64,000 bases of DNA from Dehalococcoidia bacterium (GCA_030612025.1 JAUWOR010000002.1:117464-181463); one strand, 5' to 3'. Positions 42,665 through 53,379 are shown, counted from the first letter of the stretch. Notes: a model not told the origin generated them from the sequence alone. Numbers and translations: made by a program.

Positions 42665-43548
42665 GCATACTTGTGGATGAACAGACAAGGCTTTTGGTTC
42701 AAGGTATTACTGGCAATGAAGGCAGCTTTCATACTCAACGTTGTATAGAGTATGGCACTAAAGTAGTAGCTGGAGTTACACCCGGAAAGGGAGGCAGTCA
42801 AGTTTTAGGGGTGCCTGTTTTCGATAGCGTGGAGAGAGCTGTGGCTGAAACTGGGGCTAATGCCAGCATCATCTTTGTGCCTCCCGCCTTTGCCGCTGAT
42901 GCTATTTTAGAGGCGATTGATGCTGGCCTGCCCTTGATTGTTTGTATTACCGAAGGCATACCTGTCTTAGATATGGTGAAGGTACATAGCTATCTTAAAG
43001 GGAAATCAACCAGGCTTATTGGCCCTAACTGCCCTGGAGTTATCTCCCCGGGTAAATGTAAAGTCGGGCTTATGGTTGGGGAAATTCACCTTCCCGGCAA
43101 TGTAGGCGTAGTTTCCCGCAGTGGCACCCTAACCTACGATGTGGTAGCTCAGCTTAGCGAACTAAGTATCGGACAATCTACTTGTGTTGGCATTGGTGGT
43201 GATGCCTTGCCCGGCAGTACCTTTGTTGACATCTTGAGATTGTTCGAAGCGGACAAGGATACTAAAGCTATAGTTCTTATTGGCGAGATAGGCGGCACTC
43301 TTGAGCAAGAGGCAGCGGAATTCATCAAAAACGAATTGACCAAGCCTGCAGTTGCCTTTATTGCTGGCAGCACTGCACCGCCGGGGAAGAGAATGGGACA
43401 TGCTGGCGCGATTATCACCGGCACCGCCGGCAAAGCCTCAGAAAAGATAAAAACTCTCTCCACTGCTGGAGCTATCATTGCTCCCAACCCAGCCGAAATC
43501 GGCTTAACCATGCAGAAAGTGCTAGATTCTTCGCGGAGTTTACCCTGA
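42661..43548 (+). CDS. sucD: Succinyl-CoA synthetase alpha subunit
   Basis: [26 protein letters not shown]. Confidence 0.93.
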   Translation: MSILVDEQTRLLVQGITGNEGSFHTQRCIEYGTKVVAGVTPGKGGSQVLGVPVFDSVERAVAETGANASIIFVPPAFAADAILEAIDAGLPLIVCITEGIPVLDMVKVHSYLKGKSTRLIGPNCPGVISPGKCKVGLMVGEIHLPGNVGVVSRSGTLTYDVVAQLSELSIGQSTCVGIGGDALPGSTFVDILRLFEADKDTKAIVLIGEIGGTLEQEAAEFIKNELTKPAVAFIAGSTAPPGKRMGHAGAIITGTAGKASEKIKTLSTAGAIIAPNPAEIGLTMQKVLDSSRSLP

Positions 43549-43640
43549 GTGAGATTCTTCCGTCGCTTCTCTCCCTCAGAATGACAAGAAGCGAAGAGCT
43601 CAGAAGGCTTAGGTCTGATAAATCAGGCAACTACCAAAGG
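43525..43640. repeat. GTCATTCTGAG-family palindrome and half GTAG REP between convergent genes
   Basis: GATTCTTC...CTCAGAATGAC; CTGATAAATCAGGCAACTAC. Confidence 0.65.
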
Positions 43641-44201
43641 CTAGGCTTTGACCTGGTATTTAGCCTTCCCCTCTTCATAGAGGTCTCCACCATAAATATC
43701 GTTTATTACCGTAACAGGAAAGTCTTCTATCTCTAAGCGGCGGAGTGCCTCAGGTCCAAGTTCCTCATAAGCTACCACCTCTGCCTTCTTGATGCTCTTA
43801 GAAAGGAGAGCGCCGGCACCACCGATAGCAGCCATATACACCGCCTTATATTTCACCATGGCGTCTTTCACTGGCTTTGTGCGCATACCCTTGCCAATCA
43901 TCCCTTTTAGCCCCTCAGCTATCAACCTGGGAGAGTAACTATCCATGCGAATGCTGGTAGTGGGGCCAGCAGCGCCAATCGGCTTCCCTGGTCTGGCTGG
44001 AGAGGGACCCATAAAGAATATCGTCTGTCCCTTGAGATCTATGGGCAAAGGTTTCCCTTGATCCAAGGCCTCAATCATCCTCTTATGGGCGGCGTCACGG
44101 CCCTGATACATAACGCCAGTAAGCAAAAGATTGTCCCCCGCTCTGAGGTTTTTCAGGGTCTCCTCAGTTAATGGAAGTGTAATTTTTTTAACTTGAGCCA
44201 T
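43641..44201 (-). CDS. Fe-S hydro-lyase (fumarate/tartrate/mesaconate) beta subunit
   Basis: GRDAAHKR, GPTTSIRM, IGKG, GGAGA. Confidence 0.9.
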   Translation of the reverse strand: MAQVKKITLPLTEETLKNLRAGDNLLLTGVMYQGRDAAHKRMIEALDQGKPLPIDLKGQTIFFMGPSPARPGKPIGAAGPTTSIRMDSYSPRLIAEGLKGMIGKGMRTKPVKDAMVKYKAVYMAAIGGAGALLSKSIKKAEVVAYEELGPEALRRLEIEDFPVTVINDIYGGDLYEEGKAKYQVKA

Positions 44202-44226
44202 AATAAACCTCCTTATTCACTTTATT

Positions 44227-44309
44227 GTCATTGCGAGGCATGCCAATGCCGAAGCAATCTGGAGAACTGATTTTCCCACCGGGATTACTTCGCTTTGCTC
44301 GCAATGACG
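44227..44309. repeat. GTCATTGCGAG palindrome doublet
   Basis: GTCATTGCGAGG..GAAGCAATCT...GATTACTTCG..CTCGCAATGAC. Confidence 0.75.
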
Positions 44310-44317
44310 TAAGCAAT

Positions 44318-45499
44318 TCAAACTTTCAATCCTTTTAATATGTCTCGAGCAATGATATTCCTTTGAAGTTGCAAGGCAAATTCAGTAGAGCTCATTGCGA
44401 TAACATTACGGCAAAATCTTTCCATAGGCAGCCCGCCAACATATGCTGGGGCATTGAAAATATGAGCAGCATTATCGCAAACAAAATAGACCATTTGTGT
44501 GGCGAATAGTTTCACCATAGCCGCTAGGCGCTGTATCGGCTCTCCTTTATCTGCTCTCCAAGCAGCTTCATAAACCATTAATCTAGCAGCATGAATACTG
44601 GTGGCTATATCGCCAAGCGCTGCTTGTATACTGGTTCGCCCAGAAATAAACTGCCCAAACGCTGTCCACGTTTGAGCTTGCGTAGTACATTCATCGAGTA
44701 TTCTCTGAGCTGCTCCCACGCACCTAGCTCCCCTCACAATCCGCCTTGAAGGAAACCACTTCCTACCTAAATAGAAAGCCTTCCCCTCTTCACCTAACAT
44801 ATTCTCCGCCGCTACCTGACATTGGTCAAAAACCAAAGACATAGGCCTTCTCTCCCTCGCCTCCCATCCTGTCTCTTCCTCAGCACCACTCACGCTAAAT
44901 CCAGAAACACCTTTATCTACCAGAAAACAGCTCACTCCCTCTCTAAGTGGTTTCTCAGGATCAGTAACGGCAAAAACTACAGCAAAATAGTCCTTCGCAG
45001 CTCTAGGTTGGGAAAGAGACACTTTTTTACCATTGAGAACATAGCTGCCGTTTGCCTTTTCCACCCTCACCTCCATACCTTCAAAGCCCTCTCTTCCCGG
45101 CTCCATTAGTGCCAAGTAAGGATATTTTTGCCTGTTAAGCGCTGGCGAGAGGTATTTTTCCCTTTGCCTTGGGCTGCAATCAAAAAGTATCGGGGTAACA
45201 TCACCAAAACTGAAAGGGATAACCGTTTGAGCTAGCTCTTCTTCCACCAAGCAATTGCCCAAAATGTCCAAACCCACACCACCAAGCTCCTCAGGAGCAC
45301 TTACCCCCCATAAGCCCATTTCCTTCACCATTCCCATTAGCTCCTGCTCCTTCTCTAATGGGAGGTACATCTGGGCATCGCTTAGGTCAGCGGCTCGCCC
45401 CAAAACAATCCTTTCCAATGGTTTCAATTGGTCAGTGACAAAATCCCTCACCATACTTTGAATCATTTTTAATTCCTCAGGTATCTCAAAATCCATCAT
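44318..45499 (-). CDS. Acyl-CoA dehydrogenase family protein with degenerate motifs
   Basis: ACAD pattern (PEELGG, LNGKK, FGQ, AAMVKLFA, QRNIIAR); TEPxAGSD and GG motifs altered. Confidence 0.8.
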   Translation of the reverse strand: MMDFEIPEELKMIQSMVRDFVTDQLKPLERIVLGRAADLSDAQMYLPLEKEQELMGMVKEMGLWGVSAPEELGGVGLDILGNCLVEEELAQTVIPFSFGDVTPILFDCSPRQREKYLSPALNRQKYPYLALMEPGREGFEGMEVRVEKANGSYVLNGKKVSLSQPRAAKDYFAVVFAVTDPEKPLREGVSCFLVDKGVSGFSVSGAEEETGWEARERRPMSLVFDQCQVAAENMLGEEGKAFYLGRKWFPSRRIVRGARCVGAAQRILDECTTQAQTWTAFGQFISGRTSIQAALGDIATSIHAARLMVYEAAWRADKGEPIQRLAAMVKLFATQMVYFVCDNAAHIFNAPAYVGGLPMERFCRNVIAMSSTEFALQLQRNIIARDILKGLKV

Positions 45500-45555
45500 A
45501 CACCTCCAGTGAAATCACAAATCCCAATTGGAATTTGGTTATTGGTATTTGGGAT

Positions 45556-46005
45556 TTAATGTTCTATGGCTTCCTCGACAAATAAATCTAAATCAGGCTC
45601 ATCCTCGTCCCCTATCCTTTGCTCCAGCCGCGACATAACTTCTATCATACGGTGCTGAACAACGTAATTCTTGATAGTGGTATCCACTTGAGGGCAAGCT
45701 AAAACACAGGCATCACACTCATCGCAGTCTTCACCAACTATGCTTTCCAGCGCCATAGATGTTCGCTGCTCCGTCTTATTACGCCGAGACGGCTCACGGA
45801 ACAGAAAGGGACAGGCATCAATACAATTTCCACAGCCAAGGCATTCTTTATGCCCTCTGATATCCTCTGCTATATTTAAGGCATAAGACTCACCAAAACC
45901 GCTTGAAAGCAGCCGACACCGAGCTACTGGCGGGGAAGCAGTGCTCAAGATTTTATTTAAAACATCTTCAATTCCTTTGACTTCTCTTTGCTCACGCAGT
46001 GGCAT
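45556..46005 (-). CDS. 2x[4Fe-4S] dicluster protein
   Basis: CLGCGNCIDACP and CDECDACVLACP. Confidence 0.85.
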   Translation of the reverse strand: MPLREQREVKGIEDVLNKILSTASPPVARCRLLSSGFGESYALNIAEDIRGHKECLGCGNCIDACPFLFREPSRRNKTEQRTSMALESIVGEDCDECDACVLACPQVDTTIKNYVVQHRMIEVMSRLEQRIGDEDEPDLDLFVEEAIEH

Positions 46006-46017
46006 ATCATCCTCCTT

Positions 46018-47715
46018 CTAAATCCAGCGTACAGCTCTATCGCCAAAAGGCGTATACTCACTTGCCTCACCAAGCGGAACGAAACCAGGCACTGGTCGAT
46101 TACCACGGGCATAATTAGGTAAAAGCATAGGAGAGATGGGCATGTCTTCTAAACCTGCTTCCTTAATCTCACGCTGCCATTGGCGCACATGCTCTAAAGT
46201 AAGCTTGCCTAGCTTTACTTCCTTAACCCACTTAGCTGCCGCTCTGCCTGCCCTTCTGCCAAAGACAAATAAATCCAGAGTCGAATTACCAATAAGCCTA
46301 TTCCTGCCATGCACTCCACCCTCACATTCACCAGCGGCAAATAACCCTGGGACTGAGGTAGAGGCATCAGCCTTAATTTTGATTCCTCCGTTTTGATAAT
46401 GCAGCGTAGGGTAAACCAACATTGGCTTATGGATCATATCAATATCAAAGCGAGCAAACTGGCGAACCATTGCCGGCAGTTCCCTAGCAATAGTCCCTTC
46501 CCCGCGAATAATATCAACCATTGGTGAATCTTCCCACAGACCAACCTCCCCTGTTGGCGTTGTTACTCCCTTTCCGCGCTCTTTGCATTCTCGAATCTCT
46601 GCCGAGGCTTCCGTATCTCGTGCTTCCAAAGGATGGACAAACTGCTCTCCATCACAATTGACTAGCTCTGCCCCTAGAGTCCTCACCTTCTCTGTAATCA
46701 GTAACCCCAGAATTTGGGGAGGAAAGGCTGCGCCCGTGGGGTGATATTGCATAGTATCCATATGAACAAGAGGACAGCCTACCCGATAAGCCAATACTAA
46801 GCCATCGGCAGTGGCACCATAATGATTAGTTGTAGGGAAACCCTGAATATGCGTGCGGCCTACGCCACCAGTAGCCATAACTACCGCCCTGGCTCGCACT
46901 ATACTCATTTGCTTAGTCTCTAAGTTCATCAGTATAGCTCCAGCTACCTGCCCCTTATCATCCATGAGCAGCTCTATCACCGGCTCAAACTCTAACCAAT
47001 CTATCTTCCTGCCATGCATGTTCCTCTGCCTCATCTCATCACGTATAGTACGCATTTCTTCAAGGCCAGTATAATCTCGGCAGGAATGCATCCTCCTTAC
47101 AGCACAGCCACCACCCGATAGCTCATGATATGAACCATCTGGTTCCTTATCCCACTCAACACCCAGCGATTCCAGCCACCTAATAGCATCAGGAGCATCT
47201 TTGGCTAATGCTTCTGCCAAATCAGGATCATTGGTGAAATGGCCCCCGCCCATTATATCAAGGTAATGAATAGCAGGAGAGTCATTAGTCCTATCAGCTG
47301 CCTGTGTTCCTGCTTGAGCTCCTATAGTATTGGCATCTCCCAGGCGTAACTTTGATGATATTAAAACACTGGCACCGTTTTCCTCAGCTAAGAGAGCAGC
47401 TGCCCCTCCAGCTCCACCACAACCAATTACCAAAACATCAACATCATGGTCAATCTTGTCAAGCTCGATTTTATCAGGGTCAACGCGGCTGCTACCTTCC
47501 AACAGATCAGCCACCTCGTGAGGTGTGCGTTCACCCTTATTCGGTCCTACTTTTAACTCACGCATCTCTTCTTTTTTATAATCAGGATGAAATTTATTTA
47601 CTAGGGCTTCCCTTTCGGCTTCAGGAATACGAGGTAGAAGTCCTTTCTTCAACCGCTCTGCCCTAGTAGCCTCTACTTTTCTAATACTTTCTTCCATATA
47701 AGCTGGATATGGCAT
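46018..47715 (-). CDS. Soluble fumarate reductase/succinate dehydrogenase-like flavoprotein, paralog 2
   Basis: GCGGAG, QYHPT, LITEKVR, RD, HYQNGG, HGRNRL; no covalent-FAD His. Confidence 0.88.
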   Translation of the reverse strand: MPYPAYMEESIRKVEATRAERLKKGLLPRIPEAEREALVNKFHPDYKKEEMRELKVGPNKGERTPHEVADLLEGSSRVDPDKIELDKIDHDVDVLVIGCGGAGGAAALLAEENGASVLISSKLRLGDANTIGAQAGTQAADRTNDSPAIHYLDIMGGGHFTNDPDLAEALAKDAPDAIRWLESLGVEWDKEPDGSYHELSGGGCAVRRMHSCRDYTGLEEMRTIRDEMRQRNMHGRKIDWLEFEPVIELLMDDKGQVAGAILMNLETKQMSIVRARAVVMATGGVGRTHIQGFPTTNHYGATADGLVLAYRVGCPLVHMDTMQYHPTGAAFPPQILGLLITEKVRTLGAELVNCDGEQFVHPLEARDTEASAEIRECKERGKGVTTPTGEVGLWEDSPMVDIIRGEGTIARELPAMVRQFARFDIDMIHKPMLVYPTLHYQNGGIKIKADASTSVPGLFAAGECEGGVHGRNRLIGNSTLDLFVFGRRAGRAAAKWVKEVKLGKLTLEHVRQWQREIKEAGLEDMPISPMLLPNYARGNRPVPGFVPLGEASEYTPFGDRAVRWI

Positions 47716-47732
47716 ATCAAATTACCTCCTTT

Positions 47733-48443
47733 CTATTTAGCCGGCTCTATCTCTCGCGCTGCATATCTCTTGCGTAACTCAGCCTCGCTTGCCTTCTTTA
47801 ATTCCTCTAACTCAACATCAAATTTGCCTTCCTCTATCTCCTTCACTCTATTCAAATTGTGCTGAGATTTAGGTGCCATATAATGGCCATATATGCGTCG
47901 AGACGCCAAAGCTACATTATATGGCTGCAATCCTTGTGGGCACCTGGCAGCACATAAGCCACATATGAGGCAATCAAATGATAGCTCAGCTACCCTCTTG
48001 ATATCACCCCTTATAGCAGCAGACATAAACTCCATAACCTCGAGGTCTTGAGGGCAGGTCTTAGTGCAATTATTGCAACCAAAACAGGTAAGGATATCGG
48101 GGTAAAGCTCCACTAGCTTGTTTTCCCCCTCTTTTGGCTCTAAATCCTCCACATTGTAAAGAGCTTCAGTGGCAGGGAAGAACGGTATCTGCGTTATAAC
48201 CATATTTTGCTCAATTTCTTTCTGGCAACCAAGGGCATATCTTATCGTGGGGTCATAGGTGAAGTTATAGATGGTGCCACAGGCACCACAAAATCCAGCA
48301 CGACAGCCACAACCTCTGATGATATGGTAACCGCAATACTCTAACGCTGTCTGGATGGTAAGCCCTTCAGGGACCTTATACCTCTTACCCATAACATAGA
48401 TGTCCAGCATTTGAACCTTTTCTTTTTCAGCAACTTCAGCCAT
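47733..48443 (-). CDS. Fe-S subunit ([2Fe-2S] + 2x[4Fe-4S]), paralog 2
   Basis: GCRAGFCGAC..C; two CxxCxxCxxxCP. Confidence 0.88.
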   Translation of the reverse strand: MAEVAEKEKVQMLDIYVMGKRYKVPEGLTIQTALEYCGYHIIRGCGCRAGFCGACGTIYNFTYDPTIRYALGCQKEIEQNMVITQIPFFPATEALYNVEDLEPKEGENKLVELYPDILTCFGCNNCTKTCPQDLEVMEFMSAAIRGDIKRVAELSFDCLICGLCAARCPQGLQPYNVALASRRIYGHYMAPKSQHNLNRVKEIEEGKFDVELEELKKASEAELRKRYAAREIEPAK

Positions 48444-48469
48444 TCTTACCTCCTTCTACAAAATTGCTT

Positions 48470-50137
48470 TTAAGCCAATTTCACCAAGCCAGGCTGTAAT
48501 TTTTCAGTATAGAGATCGGCCAAGTAATCGCTTGGCTGTCTGGCATAATTTGGTAATAACATTGGTGAAAATGGCCTTTCCTTCACTATACCAAGCTGTT
48601 CAAGCTCATTCTGCCACTGGCGCACATGGTTTAAAGTAAGCTTACCTAGCTTTACCTCCTTGGCATACCGCGTTGCCTCTCTACCTGCTCTCCTGCCAAA
48701 GACATATATATCCAGTGTTGCATTGCCTCCAAGTCTATTCCGGCCATGCACTCCACCACCAACCTCGCCTGGAACCCATAGTCCTGGCACTTCTGTAGCT
48801 GAGTTAGCATCCATCTTGACTCCCCCATTTTGGTAATGTAGTGTAGGATAAACCAACACTGGCTCATGAATTAGATCGATATTGAAACGGCTAAACTTAT
48901 GAACTAAACTAGGTAACCTCCGCGCAATGGTGCCTTCTCCGTGTATCATATCAATTAGTGGTATATCTTCCCAAACGCCAACGTTCCCTGCCGGCGTTGT
49001 TATTCCTTTGTGCTGCTCGGTACACTCTCGAATCTCAAATGAAGCTAGTATATCTCGTGGCTCTAAATTGCAGGCAACTTGCTCTCCATCAATATTGATT
49101 ATCTGTCCCCCCAAAGCCCTTACGTTCTCTGTAATCAGTATTCCTACAAACTGCAAAGGATAAACTGCGCCTGTGGGATGATACTGTATACTATCCCCGT
49201 AGATGAGTGAACAACCTACCCGATAAGCCATCGCCAACCCATCAGCAGTAGCCCCATAATGATTAGTGGTGGGAAAGCCTTGAGTGTGCAATCTTCCCAA
49301 GCCACCAGTAGCCACAATTACCGCTTTGGCTCGCACCAGGCTTAATTCATTTGTCTCTAAGTTCACCAATATTGCTCCGGCTACTTGTCCCTCATCATCC
49401 ATTATCAATTCTATTGCCGGCTCAAATTCTATGTAGTCTATGTTATCTCTACATCTAACCTCATCACGCAGAACCCTCATTACCTCAAGGCCGGTGTAAT
49501 CTTTGCAAGAATGGACCCGCCTTCTACACTCCCCGGCAAGCTCCAATTCACGCATGGAACCATCTGTCTCTTTATCCCAATTAACACCCAAATCTTCTAA
49601 CCACTTAATTGCCATAGGAGCATCTCTTGCCATTGCCCATACCAATTCAGGCACATTTTCGAAGTGCCCTCCACCCATGGTATCTAAATAGTGAAGGACA
49701 GGGGAATCGTTTGGTCTATCAGCCGCTTGCGTTCCTCCCTCAGCTCCTATAGTGTTAGAATCGCCCAACCTTAGCTTCGTTGCTATTAGAACCTTAGCAC
49801 CATTTTCCTGAGCTAGAAGAGCTGCTGATAATCCAGCACCTCCAGAACCAATTATTAAAACATCGACATCGTAGCCAATCTTACTCAGGTCAACCTTATC
49901 AGGGTCAACTCGGCTGTTTCCTTCCAATTGATTCGCTAGCTCCTCGGGCATCGTTTCGTCTTTGTTTGGCCCTAAAAGTAGTTTACGCTTACCCGTTTCC
50001 CTATAGTCAGGGTGATATTTACGCACTATAATATCCCTCTCATCGCTACTAATGAGGGGAATTTCTTCCTTCATCCGCCTTTGCCTGCTAGCCTCTAATT
50101 TTCTAATGCTTTCTTCCATATAGGGAGGATATGGCAT
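48470..50137 (-). CDS. Soluble fumarate reductase/succinate dehydrogenase-like flavoprotein, paralog 1
   Basis: GSGGAG, QYHPT, LITENVR, RD, HYQNGG, HGRNRLGGN; start MPYPPY. Confidence 0.88.
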   Translation of the reverse strand: MPYPPYMEESIRKLEASRQRRMKEEIPLISSDERDIIVRKYHPDYRETGKRKLLLGPNKDETMPEELANQLEGNSRVDPDKVDLSKIGYDVDVLIIGSGGAGLSAALLAQENGAKVLIATKLRLGDSNTIGAEGGTQAADRPNDSPVLHYLDTMGGGHFENVPELVWAMARDAPMAIKWLEDLGVNWDKETDGSMRELELAGECRRRVHSCKDYTGLEVMRVLRDEVRCRDNIDYIEFEPAIELIMDDEGQVAGAILVNLETNELSLVRAKAVIVATGGLGRLHTQGFPTTNHYGATADGLAMAYRVGCSLIYGDSIQYHPTGAVYPLQFVGILITENVRALGGQIINIDGEQVACNLEPRDILASFEIRECTEQHKGITTPAGNVGVWEDIPLIDMIHGEGTIARRLPSLVHKFSRFNIDLIHEPVLVYPTLHYQNGGVKMDANSATEVPGLWVPGEVGGGVHGRNRLGGNATLDIYVFGRRAGREATRYAKEVKLGKLTLNHVRQWQNELEQLGIVKERPFSPMLLPNYARQPSDYLADLYTEKLQPGLVKLA

Positions 50138-50158
50138 ATCAAACACCTCTTTCCTACA

Positions 50159-50860
50159 TTATTTAGGCTCTATCCACCTTTCATCATATATGTGGCGTAA
50201 CTCTTCCATAGGCGTACTTCTCAATTTTTCATATTCAGCATCATACTTGCCTTCCTCTATCTCCTTTACCTTTTCCTCTAAGTGCTTGGACTTGGGTAGA
50301 AGATAGCGACCATGCAACCTCCGAATGAGCATAGCTATGTTATAGGGTGACAAACCCTGGGGACACCTAGCAGCACACATGCCACACATTACACATTCAA
50401 AAGACTCCGCAGTAACGGCAGGGAAGTCGCCTCTTAAAGCAGCGGACATAAAATCCATGACCTCAATATCCTGGGGACAAGACTGAGTGCAATTATTACA
50501 GCCAAAGCAAGTAGCCAAATCAGGGTAAATTCCTAATACCTGATCCACAGTGGGCCTCAACTTCTTTATATCGTAAATAGGCTTGGCAGTAGGAAAACAT
50601 GGAATTTGCACTACACACATATCCGGCTCAACAGCTGTCTGGCAAGCAAGCCCATACCTTAACGTAGGGTCATGCGTAAAATTGTATACCGTAGCACAAG
50701 CACCACAACTTCCCCCACGACACCCACAGCCACGAATCAATCTATAACCACAATACTCTAGTGCCGTCTGGATAGTAAGCCCTTCAGGAACCTTATAATT
50801 CTTCTCCATAATGTAGATATCGAGCATTCGAACCTTTTCGGCAACCTCAGCTTCAGCCAT
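50159..50860 (-). CDS. Fe-S subunit, paralog 1
   Basis: GCRGGSCGAC..C; two CxxCxxCxxxCP. Confidence 0.88.
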   Translation of the reverse strand: MAEAEVAEKVRMLDIYIMEKNYKVPEGLTIQTALEYCGYRLIRGCGCRGGSCGACATVYNFTHDPTLRYGLACQTAVEPDMCVVQIPCFPTAKPIYDIKKLRPTVDQVLGIYPDLATCFGCNNCTQSCPQDIEVMDFMSAALRGDFPAVTAESFECVMCGMCAARCPQGLSPYNIAMLIRRLHGRYLLPKSKHLEEKVKEIEEGKYDAEYEKLRSTPMEELRHIYDERWIEPK

Positions 50861-50871
50861 TTTCACCCCGT

Positions 50872-51717
50872 TTACAGAATCGCCTCCTCATGGCGAGCAC
50901 ACCAGCATTGCAAATTAACCGCCACTGGTAGGCTAGCAATATGGCAAGGGAAAACCTCAGCATGAACTGCAAGGGCGGTAATCCTGCCACCATACCCCAT
51001 GGCTCCAATGCCTAGTTTGTTAACTCGCTCTATAATATCCTTTTCTAGCTCGGCAACCTCGGGATCTGGGCTTGGCTCACCCACCTTACGCAGCAATGCT
51101 TTCTTAGCCATCATCATAGTCCTCTCTGCTGTCCCTCCTATCCCTACACCAACAATAACCGGGGGGCAAGGATTACTACCAGACTCGTCAACACGATTTA
51201 CTACGTAATCTATAACTCCCTGACGCCCCTTGGCGGGGGTTAGCACTGTTAAGCGAGTCATATTCTCAGAGCCTCCTCCTTTAGGTTTGGCAATAATTTT
51301 GAGCTTATCGCCAGGGACTATATCGGTATAAATAATAGCTGGTGTGTTATCTTTGGTATTCACCCTGGCCGAGAAGGGTTGACGTACCACAGATTTGCGC
51401 AAGTAACCTCTATCATATCCTTGGCGTACTCCTTCATTCACTGCTGTGTAAAGGTCACCACCAATTATGTGAACTTCTTGGCCTAGCTCCAGAAAGACTA
51501 TGGCGACACCGGTATCCTGGCATAGAGGAATCTGCTCCTTACCAGCTATCTCGGCATCTTCCAGCATTCTATCATATACATCGCGGCAAACAGGAGATTC
51601 TTCCTCTTCCCTGGCTTTCTTAAGAGCAGCTAGCACATCTTCAGGAAGATAGTGGCAAGAATGCTCAAACAAACGAGCTACGGTTTCACTAACATCACTA
51701 ACTTTAATTTCCCTCAT
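50872..51717 (-). CDS. Fe-S hydro-lyase (class I fumarase-type) alpha subunit
   Basis: PLCQDTG, KGGGSEN, NPCPP, HIASLPVAVNLQC. Confidence 0.92.
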   Translation of the reverse strand: MREIKVSDVSETVARLFEHSCHYLPEDVLAALKKAREEEESPVCRDVYDRMLEDAEIAGKEQIPLCQDTGVAIVFLELGQEVHIIGGDLYTAVNEGVRQGYDRGYLRKSVVRQPFSARVNTKDNTPAIIYTDIVPGDKLKIIAKPKGGGSENMTRLTVLTPAKGRQGVIDYVVNRVDESGSNPCPPVIVGVGIGGTAERTMMMAKKALLRKVGEPSPDPEVAELEKDIIERVNKLGIGAMGYGGRITALAVHAEVFPCHIASLPVAVNLQCWCARHEEAIL

Positions 51718-51745
51718 AATCTCACTTATACCTCCTTAATTTTTT

Positions 51746-51886
51746 GAGCTGTTTAATTTTGCCTTAGCTTTGGGGGTAGATTCATCTTTATTATCCGGAA
51801 ATTCTTCACCTCCAGATTTTTGTAGTTGCCTGATTCATCAGACATTATCGCCCAATAAATTGGGCAACTACGTTTTTAAACACCCT
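51746..51886. mobile_element. 141-bp TIR element, type B REP cargo
   Basis: GAGCTGTTTAA...GTAGTTGCCTGATTCATCAG..CGCCCAATAAATTGGGCAACTAC..TTAAACACCCT. Confidence 0.78.
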
Positions 51887-51904
51887 CGTTTTTAGCCTTT
51901 AAGC

Positions 51905-53257
51905 TTATGTTACTGCCGGAGCAATAAGACCGGCCTTTACTAAGGCATCAACCTGTTCCTTAGCGCTCTTTATCATGGGCTCGACTTTCTGGCGAAGTTC
52001 CTCACGGCTAATTGTTATTGAGGCAATGCCTTCCTTCTGGGCTTCCATCCCTATATCTACTGCCTCACGAATATAAGCCTCTGGTTCATTCATTCTTGGC
52101 GCAATGTCATCTTCGCTTATGCCACGTTCTTCAGCATATCTTGCCAGCGACTCAGCAGCCACAACGCACATCTTATCAGTGATAGTCTTAGCACCCACAT
52201 CAAGAACACCACGAAAGATAGCCGGAAAACCTATGGAATTATTTACTTGATTGGGGAAATCCGACCTGCCAGTGCCGACAATTCTAGCTCCTGCCTCTTT
52301 GCATTCCCAGGGCCAAATCTCTGGAATGGGATTGGCGGCGACGAAACATATGGCATCCTTTGCCATTAGCTTGATTTGCTCAGGGGTAATAACCCCTGGC
52401 CCTGACCTAGAGTAAGAGATAAGTAGATCAGCGCCTTTTAACGCTTCGGTCAAGCTACCAATCCTCTGCTCAAGATTAGTGATTTGGCAGAAGCGCCACT
52501 TGTCAACGTACTTCTCTTTCACTTCCTCCAGGTCTTTCCTTCCCTTGTGCAGTATGCCTTTGCTGTCAACCATGATGCTATTTTCAGGCTTTCCTCCATA
52601 AGCCCAGAGAAGCCTCGAACAGCCGGTATTAGCTGCCCCAGTCCCGTTAAAGACAATTTTGCAATCCTCTATCTTCTTGCCGACGATCTTTAAAGCATTT
52701 ATCAATCCGGCTAGCATTACTGTGGCTGTTCCCTGCACGTCATCATGCCATACCGGAATTCCCACCTCTTCCCTGCACCTGTCAAGTATGCCAAAGCATT
52801 TAGGATAGGAAATATCTTCCAGGTTGATGCCGGCAAATGAGGGCTCAAGCCATTTAACTGCCTGAACAATTTCATCAGGCTCTTTGGTGCCAAGACAAAT
52901 GGGCACGCAATCAACGCCACCAAGATATTTAAACAGTAACGCTTTGCCTTCCATCACAGGATAGCCCGCCTTAGGGCCAATATCCCCCAGTCCAAGAACT
53001 CGGGTGCAATCAGAAACTACAGCTATAGTGTTCCCACGATTAGTGAGCTCGTGAAACTTCGACTCATCTGCCTTTATCGCCCGACAAGGCTCGGCAACAC
53101 CAGGAGTATAATAAATGGCAAAGTCCTTAAAATCGCGCACCTGACATTTGAGCATTGTTTGCATCTTGCCATGGTAATCAGCATGCAACTTCATGGCATC
53201 TGCTGCCGGTTTCCTTGCTTTGGCTAAGAGCTCCTCTTTAGTTACTTTTTGTGACAT
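51905..53257 (-). CDS. NAD(P)-dependent malic enzyme
   Basis: YYTPGVA, VMEGKA, INLEDI, HDD, ANPIPE, GRSDFPNQVNN. Confidence 0.92.
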   Translation of the reverse strand: MSQKVTKEELLAKARKPAADAMKLHADYHGKMQTMLKCQVRDFKDFAIYYTPGVAEPCRAIKADESKFHELTNRGNTIAVVSDCTRVLGLGDIGPKAGYPVMEGKALLFKYLGGVDCVPICLGTKEPDEIVQAVKWLEPSFAGINLEDISYPKCFGILDRCREEVGIPVWHDDVQGTATVMLAGLINALKIVGKKIEDCKIVFNGTGAANTGCSRLLWAYGGKPENSIMVDSKGILHKGRKDLEEVKEKYVDKWRFCQITNLEQRIGSLTEALKGADLLISYSRSGPGVITPEQIKLMAKDAICFVAANPIPEIWPWECKEAGARIVGTGRSDFPNQVNNSIGFPAIFRGVLDVGAKTITDKMCVVAAESLARYAEERGISEDDIAPRMNEPEAYIREAVDIGMEAQKEGIASITISREELRQKVEPMIKSAKEQVDALVKAGLIAPAVT

Positions 53258-53269
53258 AACACACCTCCT

Positions 53270-53361
53270 TTTAATTTTGTTCCATCCGGATTTTCGTAGT
53301 TGCCTGATTCATCAGGCTCTTATCGCCCAATAAATTTGGCAACTACATTTTTAAACACCCT
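53270..53361. mobile_element. Short variant of the TIR element, type B cargo
   Basis: TTAATTTTG..CGGATTTTC-GTAG..CTAC-ATTTTTAAACACCCT. Confidence 0.7.
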
Positions 53362-53379
53362 CATTAAACACTTTCGCAG

